A DNA stretch of 64,000 bases. It comes from Phyllobates terribilis (Eukaryota). Below are positions 1-10,281 of this stretch, in pieces. Made by a program: the position numbers and the translations under genes. Each line of letters begins with the position of its first letter. Position 1 is the stretch's first letter. The notes under the pieces are model-generated. The model was not told the DNA's origin. It searched no databases and saw only the letters and a list, made by a program, of their open reading frames with translations. The stretch covers positions 531,278,001-531,342,000 of the forward strand of contig NW_027362765.1 in assembly GCF_046119375.1 (NCBI RefSeq), written 5' to 3'.

Positions 1-404
1 TCTCCCTCTTCCAGGCCTGGGCCTCTGTTACTAGGCCCTCCTCCGGAGCACAGCTCATGCAGAGCCCCTGCTCCCTGCCACTTCTGCTCAGACTTCTCTG
101 CACTGAACTAAGATGGTGCCCACCTTTTATACTCCCTTCTCAATGCACCCAGGAACTGCTTCCTCCCTGCTCCTGCACTACAGGGTTCCCCTTCCTCAGT
201 GTTCCCTCCCCCCACTCCAGCCAGGGACAGGGACTGTCGTGCCCATCTCAGAGGCATATTGGTCACCCTGCCCCACGGCAATGTGGTGTAATGCATGCAG
301 GTGTCGGGTCCTGATCCACACTCCATCCTTAGCTGAGAGTGAGATATCACACCTCTGGGTCAGGTGCACTACCTCTGTAGCAACCGAGCCCTCAGGGTGC
401 TACA
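1..404 (-). mobile_element. Partial Gypsy-type LTR (5' part, truncated by window edge), same superfamily as 2136-3401 and 18146-20498
   Basis: Minus strand starts TGTAGCACCCTGAGGGCTCGGTTGCTACAGAGGTAGTGCACC, homologous to TGTGGCGCCCCTGAGGGTTCGACCGCCACAGGGATGCTGCACC (2136) and to the start of the 18146-20498 LTR. Confidence 0.75.
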
Positions 405-1446
405 GTTCCATTTATCTTCAGCCTAGGTGACGTATTGTGATACAGGGCCGTGATTTTGGCTATAAAAGGGTCCCCTAGACCCCTACCCCAAGCTTTTTAA
501 GAGAATTATATATGGCGTGCCAGGAGACTCTATGGAATGCTTTCTCAGCATCCAACGATAGTATCTAATTACAAATTTTTAACTGCATCTAGCCCAGGAA
601 ATACTTTGTGCCTAGTAGCAGTGTCTGCTAGTCAGCGGATTATCCCGGCTGTTAAGCAAGCTACACCACCTGTAGTTTGGACACTTAATTTTTTCAAAGG
701 AAATGTTTCGGGACCACGGGATACTCAGTGAAGAGCATCAGGAGGCACCCCAAGGCATAGGGGCTGGGACTGGCAGTAGGATGCCTTGCGGTGGACAGCC
801 GAGCTCGATCCTTATAAAAGCTTTTTAACTGCAGCAGCTTTAGTGGACGCTACTGGAGCTGGAATTACGCAGCTGCTGGCATGAGACTTGCCCTCCAATA
901 GATCCTTGTAAATGGATTTAAAGTGTATTCATTCAAGTTAGAGAGACAATTTAAATTAAAAAGCTTAGAGCTGCCTCCACCACAGGGGGGCTCGCTCGAC
1001 CCACCAGCGGACAGGCACCAGTATTGGGAGAGGGGGGCTGGCCGTCAGGGTTCACCGCGGCTCTGGCACAAACCCGGCGACACGGAGGTGGCACGGGCAG
1101 GAGCGGACTGAACGTGTCGGCTTCTCACTTTTTGGATTTTAGAAGGGCATGACATGCCTATATCTGTGTCTCCCCCTCCTTTTACTCCTCCACCTCTTTT
1201 CTTTTCGCATGACTATATGTACTTGTCACTTTTCCATGTGTTAGTTGTGTCTTCTGAGCAGTTTGTCAGCTTTTAGACACCTTTGAAGGTGTTTTCTATG
1301 TGTTTCTATGTGTTTTTGTTTGCCTGCCATTGGTTTTAACGGTGTTCGAAGGTGTTCGACGAACAGTTCGACGAACAGTTCGGCGAACACACGGGTGTTC
1401 GACGAACCGAACCGAACTCGAACACTACGGGGTTGGCTCAACACTA
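405..1446. mobile_element. Right part of a non-autonomous hAT-type DNA transposon
   Basis: Ends in GCTCAACACTA (TAGTGTTGAGC-type TIR, cf. TAGTGATGAGC hAT MITE at 44111 with 8-bp TSD); subterminal GTTCGACGAAC/CCGAAC repeats at 1342-1423; left end not in window. Confidence 0.65.
819..940 (-). rRNA. 18S rRNA-derived fragment (helix 18 / 530-loop region), pseudogenic, embedded in a transposon
   Basis: AGCTTTTTAACTGCAGCAGCTTTAGTGGACGCTACTGGAGCTGGAATTACGCAGCTGCTGGCATGAGACTTGCCCTCCAATAGATCC... is the reverse complement of the conserved eukaryotic 18S segment (…GGAGGGCAAGTCTGGTGCCAGCAGCCGCGGTAATTCCAGCTCC…GCTGCAGTTAAAAAGCT), roughly 80-85% identity by eye. Confidence 0.88.
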
Positions 1447-1636
1447 CCTGTGAGTTCAAAATGCACATTTTACCCCCGGATAAAATCCATTTGACATATG
1501 GTAAGGTTTTAATACTAGAGGTTAGGAGTGTCCTGTCACCTTGACGCTGTGGGACGGCTTTTATGTTTTTTTTTCTTCAAAATTATGTTAACTAAGTACC
1601 CTATGTTATTTTAATGTGCTGTTGTTATTTATTTAT

Positions 1637-3572
1637 TGTCACGCTGTGACTGTAGAAAATCCGGGGAAGAGGGACCCTATACTGTCCCTTAATCCAGGGG
1701 AGCCCTAGTCTATCCCTAACCCCAGGGTTACCCCTGAAGGTGGAGATGCTCGGGTCTCATACCTCTCTGTACTCCCACGAAATCCTATGCTGATCCCACC
1801 CTTCTCCCCAGGGTGGAAAAGGGCAGGGGTAAAAGGGTAACACTGGTTGTACAGACAGGGAAAAACCAGGGCACAATAAAATGACAGACACACAGGATAA
1901 AATACAAAGGGAAAATGGGTGCACAGTAAAGAGGCAGAAAAGCAACACGAAAGAAGACCAATAGGGAAAGGTAGAGGTATTGACAACAAACTGCATGCAA
2001 CAATCTCAAGACAACAAGAGCGACTCTCCAGAACACTTTCTCCAATGAAGCCAGGAACAGAATGAAGATTCTATTGCTGGCATGGAGGGAAGCCAGACAC
2101 AGGTTTATATAATGGTAGGGTGTGGTTCCAATAAGTGTGGCGCCCCTGAGGGTTCGACCGCCACAGGGATGCTGCACCTCTTTAATGGGGTGTGGTGTTC
2201 GTTCCTCCTTTGAGGTAAGAACGGTGCAATATGGTCATGACCCCACCTCCACATCCAACACCACATTTCTCCCACCAGAGGGGGCTAGTAGGCACTAGTG
2301 TGCTGCCCCTACTGGAAATTGGGAGACTGGGGAACTAAGAGATAGGGGGAACTAATTAGTGGGTGAGGGTGGAGGACTCACATTTAGCTACACTTAATAT
2401 TCATATTTAATAATCAGCCATCTTGGGCTCATGGTTCTTTGATTGTGATCTCCCTCCCTGAATATGGTTTCTGGGAGAACCTGCAGTGGATGTGGACACG
2501 GCTCTCGTACCCTGGCCTTGGGTCGAGGGGCAGGTTGCAGATAACGTATGTCTCAACCCAGTCAAGGACCATGACCAAGAAGGCCCGGAGCTTAGGAGTG
2601 TAGCTCCAATGCAAAAGGATCCCAGGGGGAAGCAGACGGAGCGGTATACGCCACCTGTCCTCGCTATTCTGGCCTAGCCAGAGGGATTCCGGCTGCAAGA
2701 GGGGTACCGGCCCCCGACACCTGACCTTGCTACTCTACGTCCTGGTCAGGGAAGCCCAGTAGGCCCAGAGGATCCCACCGGGTAACGGAAGGAGCGGAGC
2801 TGCCACCCGTACCCTTTTTCTGAGCGAAGTCCAGAGGGAGACCCGGCCTATCTATACACACACAGACAGGAAAGGACTCCGATGTCTAGGAACACTCTGG
2901 TGCAGGGTCCTGATTGAACACTTGAATTACTCGGAGGTTGTCGTACCCCCGTCCCTGGTGACCGCAGAACTCCGTGAGGAGCAGGGAGAAGCCTTGCAGC
3001 TGTACTCTCACCATGAGTAAAAACCCTGGAAGTCGACCCCTATGGCCTCCGGACTCTTTAATTCTGCACCGGACCGCACTACGCAGCACCAGACCTCCTA
3101 CATTACAACCCCCTCCATCCTCGTCTCTGCCCTGAGGCCCTGTTCCGCCTGTGGGGAGTAGTATCAACGTCAGCTGCCATAACATCCTGCCTCAGAGGAC
3201 TGCAGCAGCGCTGGTGGCCTTCACCAGGTACCACAGGTGGGTTAGTCGATAGCAACCACTCAACCCTGATAGCCCATTACATCCTTTTTAATGTGACGGC
3301 CCTGGGCACAGAACGGGTCCAGGCCACGGCTGCACCCCACCAACAAGATAGGGCCCGGCTCCGAGTCCCCCATCTCCCAGGGTAGGGCTGTGAGCGTCAC
3401 ATAAGCAGCACAGCCAATAGACCACAAGGAACTCTAAACCCTTTCCATGCCACAAGAAACCTATTAACTCATGAATGGCCATGTAGATTTAAAGAAGACC
3501 TGTGCTCAGCTAATCAATCTTCTAATCTCAGATGTACTATAGGTCCCAGCAGAGTGCGGCACATTCATGACA
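1637..3572 (-). mobile_element. Solo LTR, interrupted by a second LTR at 2136-3401
   Basis: TGTCACG...CATGACA termini; exact 5-bp TSD TTTAT (1632-1636, 3573-3577). Confidence 0.85.
2136..3401 (+). mobile_element. Solo Gypsy-type LTR (1266 bp), cassette-free relative of the CSD-bearing LTR
   Basis: TGTGGCGCCCC...GCGTCACA termini; 4-bp TSD TAAG; AGTAAA polyA-like signal at ~3017; both ends homologous to 18146-20498. Confidence 0.88.
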
Positions 3573-3599
3573 TTTATTTACTGCAAGGTATTTGCTCAT

Positions 3600-4270
3600 T
3601 TTGGTTTTATCTTAGTTTTTTCCTTGAGGGGTGTAGTTTCCAAAACTTAGGGGTCATGCAAATGCGACATGGTGCCCGCAATCTATTTTAGCTAAATTTG
3701 TGTTCCAAAATTCAAATGGTGCTCCTTTCCTTCAGAGCTCTGCCGTGTGTCCAAACAGAACTTTTCGACTACATGTAGGGTATCACCACTCTCAGAAAAA
3801 AGTGGGTAACAAACTTGGTGGTCCACTTTTTCATGTTACCACTTGCAAAAGTAAAAAATTTGAGGCTAAAGAAACATTTTAGTGAAAAAAATTAACATTT
3901 TCAGTATGACGACCTAATGTTATCAAATTCTGTGTAGTAACTGTGAGTTCAAAATGCTCACAATACCCCTGGATACAATCATTGAGGGGTGTAGTTTCCA
4001 AAATGAAGTTACTTGTCCGGATTTCTGATCTTTAGGCACCGTAGGGGCAGAGCAAATGCTGCATGGTGGCCGCAGTCTAATTTAGCCAAATTTGTGTTCC
4101 AAAATCCAAATGGGCCTCCTACCCTTTCAAGCCCTACCGTTTGTCCAAACAGAGGTTTCTGACCACATGTGGGTTATCAGTGTGCTCAGAAGAAACTGGG
4201 TAACAAATTGTGGTTTCCATTTTCCTCTGCTATTCCTTTGAAAAGTGAAAAAATAGAGGCTAAATCAACA
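3600..4270. repeat. ~358-bp internal repeat units of a non-autonomous DNA transposon
   Basis: GAGGGGTGTAGTTTCCAAAA at 3626 and 3984 with homologous downstream sequence; a further partial unit (CTGTGAGTTCAAAATGC) at 1448. Confidence 0.6.
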
Positions 4271-4320
4271 TTTTAGAGTAAAATTACAATTTATTTTTCT
4301 TTTATTCTACTTAGCATTAA

Positions 4321-4852
4321 AGGGGTTTTCCCACGAACAAAAGTTAATTTTAATCAATACATCTTGGAATAATAATAACTTTCACTATTGAATGTATTTA
4401 AATAAAATGTGCCTTTGCTGAGATAATCTTATAAATGTTCCCCTGTATTGTACTGTGTAATGGCTGTGTCTGACCATGCATGGACATGGACTGATCATAC
4501 CACAGCTCCTGAGCAGGGGAGGAAACAAAAGAGTATACAGACATTACAGCAGGGGATCACAGTTGATTTTTTGTTTTTTTTAAATAAAATATTGTTTAAA
4601 AGCAGGCAGTGAAATGTTTTACCTCAAAGAAAGAATAAGCTGTAATGTCTGTATCCTCTTTTGCTACCTCCCCTGTCCAGGAGATATGGTATGATCAGAC
4701 CATGTTCCTGTACGGTCAGACACAGCCATTACACAGTACACAGCAGGGGCACATTTATAAGATTATCTCAGCACAGGAACATTTTAGTTAAACACATCCA
4801 ATTGTGGAAGTTATTATTATTCCAAGGTCTATTAATTAAAATGAACTTTCAG
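4321..4852. mobile_element. T2-family (Kolobok-related) MITE, right end truncated
   Basis: TTAA then AGGGGTTTTCCCAC; long internal inverted arms; homologous to the intact copy at 38961-39500. Confidence 0.8.
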
Positions 4853-6423
4853 TATAAAAGAAAATTTGCGCTGGCCGCCTAGGGCAGGCAAAGATATTAA
4901 ACAATGGTAGAACTATAAATAAAATAGGTACTTTATTAAAATAATATTAAAACAGTTAGTAATACGATGACGAACCGTAAAAGCTCATAGAGAACAGTGG
5001 GTGAAGATTGGTCTCAGAGGGTATCGTAGAACATCTGGGAGCAAAGGAGTTGGTAATGGTGTTCCAGGGTAAGAAATAGGGAGTAGTCCTTTGATCAATG
5101 TTGTTGGTGAATCAACCTATGGGAGGGGGGGGTTCCCCTATGGAGAAAAAGATTTTTTATTGTTAAAAACTGGATAAAAAGTAGTCTGGGCGTGCATAGT
5201 TAGAATACGATTACCTGGTAGGTTGGTAATGTAGAGGTCAGAGGGCGAGATCTGTGGTTCGAGTGGAAAGGGTTAAAACCCAAAATTTAGCTATATAAAG
5301 GTATCTTTAGAGGATACTGGTATACCTGTGGTTGGGGTGATGAGTACTTGTTGGAGTAGATATTGCGGAATTTATAAAGATGCTTATAGAATGATAAATT
5401 CCTGTAAGGAAATATATATGGGGGAGGGTTAAAGAAAAGATAGTTAGATAACTAAGGGGGTAGGTAGGTTGGGTCTGGGGACACAACCTATTACCAGGGA
5501 GGAAGGGTAACAGTTGTTAAGTGACAGTTTACCTGGGGATTATGCAGTGAAAATGGACTTACTGGACATAAATGGATCGGGGAGGACTAGGATAGCAAGG
5601 TATGCAGGATTGCAGATAGGCCAGAGAATCTGGAAGCACCAGATACAGCAGAGCCAGATGTGTGAATTGCACAGGCACAGCAGAGACGTATAGTGTAACA
5701 GATACTGTATGTTGCAGCACAGATGTGGTTATACACAGGAATAGTAGATGGGTAGGAAATCAGATATCTTGCAGAAGAGTTGCGGTTTCTCACAGGAATA
5801 GAAGAGTTGAAAAGCAGTTGAAATAACAGAGATTAATATAATCAGTTACCTTGCTTGCAGAAACAAAGACTTTAACAAATCATAATAGCAGAGACGAAGA
5901 TCTAACTTGTGGCTTGACAAAGCAGCACTTGAAAACCAGAGACAAGATTGTACCTTGTAGCTTGAGAATAACAAGGAACTTGTAGCAGAGATGTGGTACA
6001 TTAAAGGTGAAGCTGAGAACCATTAGTGGAAGGTGAAGTCCTGACAAATACCTTGTTCCTAACAACTATGCTTTTTTTATCCTAAGGAAATCATCCCCAA
6101 AGCGGTGACCAAAAGAGCCTGGATAGGTCCAGAGTGGATCTTACAGGCCTAATAACAGGCAGCTGGAAATAACTCCACAAAGTGTGATGTGTTGAATCTG
6201 GAGAAAGACTGTTCATGGTGGATAGTGTATACTAAAGACTGGAAAGTGCCTGTAATACCAAGTTCTTACTCAGAGAAATGACTGGTTTGCTATTCATTTG
6301 TGCTGAAGAAAAGCTGTTTTCATTTTTGGAGCTGTAAAGTTTATGAAGGACAATAAACTTTATTCTGTTTTGATAAAAAAAACTGTGCCTGTGTGAATCC
6401 AAGAAAGCCAAAACCCCCACAAC

Positions 6424-6441
6424 TGGTGAAGAATGTGGGCA
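6424..6441 (+). promoter_or_regulatory. Primer-binding site complementary to tRNA-Ala 3' end
   Basis: TGGTGAAGAATGTGGGCA directly after the LTR end; 16/18 match to TGGTGGAGAATGCGGGCA. Confidence 0.72.
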
Positions 6442-6606
6442 CAGTCTGAAAGAGCACAGGTGATTACAGTTTAAAGTCTGAATGTTCTGGTAAAGGTAGC
6501 TACAGTGTTGCAAACACGGTTTGAAAGAATTGAGGAGCCATTTAAAGCAATTGGTCGAGGCCAATCTGTTGCAGCACTTTTGAGCAGCAGCAGTTTTAGC
6601 AGCAAC

Positions 6607-7041
6607 TGTTAGAACCCTCCTGTCTGTTTTTTCCATCTTGTGTTTTGTGGTCACGTGACCATCTGCCTTTATATTCCAGCTCCGTCCTTGTGGCTGGGCT
6701 GGACTTCAGTGTTTGACTGTTTCTCTAGCCTGGTGCTTCGGTGCCTTTCTCTGTCAAGTTCGCTTGGTCCTCTGGGACCTCTAGTACATTTTTGTCAGTT
6801 TGTCTTTTTGTGTTCTGCAACAACTTCTCTGTTTAGGAGGTGTCCCATTTTTATCCCAGTCCTTAGTTCTTTTACGGACCCCTCCCTTAATTCTATAGGT
6901 CTTCGTTCAGACTAGCCGAGGACTAAGGCAGGTCTGTTCACTAGGAACAGGCAGCCCGCTACATCGTAGGGATTCAGCTTAGTCTTACTGTAGGGACAGC
7001 TTTTCCCTATCTTTTCTTAGTACATGTTGCAGATCATAACA
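6607..7041 (+). repeat. 5' LTR of copy 1
   Basis: TG...CA, direct repeat of 13720-14153; TATA-like TTTATA at 6668. Confidence 0.97.
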
Positions 7042-7043
7042 GT

Positions 7044-7055
7044 AAGTCCAGCCCA
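7044..7055 (+). promoter_or_regulatory. Self-priming PBS (Tf1/sushi mechanism)
   Basis: AAGTCCAGCCCA is the exact reverse complement of TGGGCTGGACTT (6695-6706), which lies ~27 nt downstream of the TATA box; no TGG tRNA PBS present. Confidence 0.8.
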
Positions 7056-7088
7056 AAAAACTAAAAGGAAAGAAATTCAGGGATCAGT

Positions 7089-7793
7089 ATGGTTTCCATC
7101 CAGGATTTGGCTCAACGCCTGCAGGGATTGTCTCTGGAGGTGGCCGAGCTTCAGCAACATGTGAGTAGCTGTTCTGGAGTGCATTCTGTCAAACCCAAGG
7201 TAGGACTGCCTGATGTTTTTTATGGTAAACAGCAAGATTTTTTTTTCTTTAAAAATGCTTGTTTGTTATATTTTCGTTTGAGACCAAGGTCCTCTGGGAA
7301 TGAATCACAGCGCATTGGTTTTATTATGTCACTTTTGCACAATGAACCACAGGGGTGGGCCTTTTCTCTCCAGCCTAATGATCCGTGTTTAAGGTTTGTT
7401 GAAGAATTTTTTTCTGCTATGGGGCTATTATATGATGATCCTGATCAAATCTCATCTGCTGAATCAGAACTCAGGCGTTTGAACCAGGGGTCAGATGATG
7501 TTGAAAATTATTGCACACACTTCAGGAGATGGGCTTCAGAAGCTAAGTGGAATGATCCTGTGCTGGGATGTTTATTTCTTGCTGGTCTGAGTGAAAGGGT
7601 TAAGGATTTGCTAATTGCACCTGAGACTCTGCAGGATGCTATGCAGGTTGGGGCGATGTCACTCCGCTCTCAGGAAAGAGACCGGAGGTTTACCGAGGGA
7701 TTGTGTCTTTATTGTGGTAAAGCTGACCATTTGATTAAGTATTGTGAGCGTCGTTTAAATAAAGAAAAAAAAAGGTCAGTTACACCCGTATAG
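7089..7793 (+). CDS. gag: Gag (PEG10/RTL1-like capsid plus CCHC knuckle), with in-frame deletions
   Basis: [43 protein letters not shown]. Confidence 0.9.
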   Translation: MVSIQDLAQRLQGLSLEVAELQQHVSSCSGVHSVKPKVGLPDVFYGKQQDFFFFKNACLLYFRLRPRSSGNESQRIGFIMSLLHNEPQGWAFSLQPNDPCLRFVEEFFSAMGLLYDDPDQISSAESELRRLNQGSDDVENYCTHFRRWASEAKWNDPVLGCLFLAGLSERVKDLLIAPETLQDAMQVGAMSLRSQERDRRFTEGLCLYCGKADHLIKYCERRLNKEKKRSVTPV

Positions 7794-8705
7794 CTTGTTT
7801 ACGCTCTGCAGGAGTATTTATTTCAGGGAGTACTACTTTGCAGGGAGATTTGATTGAATTTCAGGTATTTGTGGATTGTGGTTCAACACTTAATGTGATT
7901 GATAAAGGGTTTTTGGAAAACCTTAAATTGAAATCCAAACCTTTGTCATCACCTATTTCTGTGATTGCTATTGATAACACTCCTTTGAAATGTATTACTC
8001 ACAAGACTGCTGCATTTTCCCTCACTATCAATGGAGTTCACCAAGAAATTTTGGACTTGGTTGTTTTAGATAATTTACCCTCTCCAGTTGTTCTAGGATT
8101 GCCTTGGTTAAAACTGCACAATCCTTTATTGGACTGGTCTACTAATGTGATTAAGTCTTGGAGTCCCAAGTGCTATGATAAATGTTGTATTGGTCGCATT
8201 GCGGCTGTGGAAAAAGGGGAATTACCGGTACCTATTCAAGATTTTTGGAGGGTTTTTTCGGAGGAGGAGTCGCAAGTTTTACCTCCTCATAGGGATTATG
8301 ATTGCGCCATTGAGTTTGTTCCGGGAGCTGCTCTTCCCAAGAGTCGCTTGTTTAATCTGACTATCCCTGAAAGAAAGGCCCTGGAGGAGTACATACAAAC
8401 TAGCCTGGCTGCTGGTCACATTAGACCTTCTAAGTCGCCTGTGGCAGTTGGATTTTTCTTTGTAAATTCTTTGTAAAAAAAAGGACGGGAGTTTAAGTCC
8501 ATGTCTGGATTTTTGTGAAATTAATAAGATTACCGTACGCAATTCCTACCCATTGCCATTAATTCCTGACTTGTTTAACCAGTTAATGGGGGCCAAGTGG
8601 TTCTCCAAAATTGATCTCCGGGGGGCATACAATTTGTTACGAGTGAAGGAGGGTGATGAATGGAAAACTGCTTTTAACACTCTGGTAGGTCATTTTCAGA
8701 ATCTG

Positions 8706-8847
8706 CTTTGTAAATGTTTTTTCCCAGCAATATGCGCTCCTGAAGGATGATGATGGAACTTGATATTCGGATTCAAAGAATTTTTATTTCAAACTAAAAT
8801 ACAACCGGTTTCGACTTCTTAGAGTCTTCCTCAGGTATAACATCATG
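8706..8847 (-). mobile_element. 142-bp Penelope-like (pseudo-LTR) retro-insertion in RT
   Basis: 15-bp TSD CATTTTCAGAATCTG (8691-8705, 8848-8862); splits GHF(Q/E)NLVMPFG, which is intact in copy 2; minus strand has hammerhead core then AATAAA. Confidence 0.75.
8799..8838 (-). ncRNA. Minimal type I hammerhead ribozyme motif
   Basis: Minus strand AUAC-CUGAGGA-A-GACU-CUAAGA-AGUC-GAA-ACCGGU-U-GUAU: core boxes, 4-bp stem II, palindromic stem III, GUU triplet, 4-bp stem I. Confidence 0.65.
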
Positions 8848-10281
8848 CATTTTCAGAATCTGGTGATGCCTTTTGGTCTAACCAATGCACCTGCATTTTT
8901 TCAGAACCTTAGTAATGACATCCTGAGACCTTTGATTGGTAAGAATGTAGTTGTGTATTTGGATGACATTTTGATTTATTCACCAGATCTGGAATCCCAT
9001 TGGCAGAGTGTACATGAAGTTTTGCAGTTATTGAGTGATAATTCACTCTTTGCTAAGCTGGAGAAATGTGAGTTCACTGTGCAGAAAATTAGTTTTTTGG
9101 GCTACATTGTCTCCAGCGAGGGCTTTGAGATGGACCCTGTGAAGGTTCAGGCTGTGCAGAAATGGCCTAGGCCTATTGGTTTGAAATCTATACAGAGATT
9201 TTTGGGTTTTGCCAATTATTACAGGAAATTCATTGAGAATTTTTCTGTAATTGCTAAACCTCTAACTGATCTCACTGGGAAAGGTGCGAATACGGCCCAG
9301 TGGACTACTGAGGCCATTGAAGCGTTTGAGTATCTCAAAGAGAGGTTCAGTTCTGCCCCTATCCTTATGCAGCCTGATGAGACCAAGCCTTTTTTGGTAG
9401 AGGTCGATGCTTCATCGGTGGGGGACAGAGCAGTTTTGTCACAGGAGAACAAGTGTGGAGTACATCCTTGTGCCTTCTTTTCGAAAAAAAATTCGGAAAC
9501 CGAACTGAATTATAATGTTGGAAATCGGGAGTTGCTGGCTATTAAACTTGCATTTGAACATTGGCATCATTTTTTGGAAGGCGCTAGATTTCTTATTCAG
9601 GTTTTCACAGATCATAAGAATTTGATCTATCTGGATGCTGCCAAGCGCTTGAATGCCCGTCAAGCTAGGTGGGCACTTTTTTTTTCTCGGTTTCATTTTT
9701 CTGTTACCTATATCCCTGGTACTAAGAATGTTAAAGCCGATGCTTTATCTCGCAGCTTCTCTCCTACGGTCGGTGCCGAGGAGGAGGAGAGCATTTTACA
9801 GAAAGGAGTTGTGGTGGCGGCATTGGACTCCGTTTTGGAGAATGGGATTCTGAAAGCTCAAGATGATGCTCCATCTAACACTCCCCATGGGAGGTTGTTC
9901 GTGCCTAGAGCCTTTAGGAGAGATTTGTTTGTGGAGTGTCATGAGTCTCGGTTGGCACGTCATCCAGGAATTTCGGAGACTAAGAGACTTATCAGTCACA
10001 GATGGTGCCTGGATGGCAGAAGGAAGTCATCAAGTGGGTGCGTCAGTGTACTGTGTGTGCTAGGTCAAAGGCTTCACATACTCCTGCTGTGGGGTTGCTT
10101 TGCTCTCTGGGGGTTCCAAGTGCGCCTTGGACGCATCTCACAATGGATTTTATTACTGATCTTCCTGTGTCCGAGGTTTTACTGTCATCTGGGTGGTCGT
10201 GGACCATTTTAGTAAGATGTGTCATTTGGTTCCATTCATTAAGTTGCCCTGCGCCAATACACTTGCTAAGGCGTTTGTTAA

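Noticed and set aside
1342-1423. Short regularly repeated GTTCGACGAAC units, superficially CRISPR-like
   Set aside because: No unique spacers, eukaryotic context; subterminal transposon repeats
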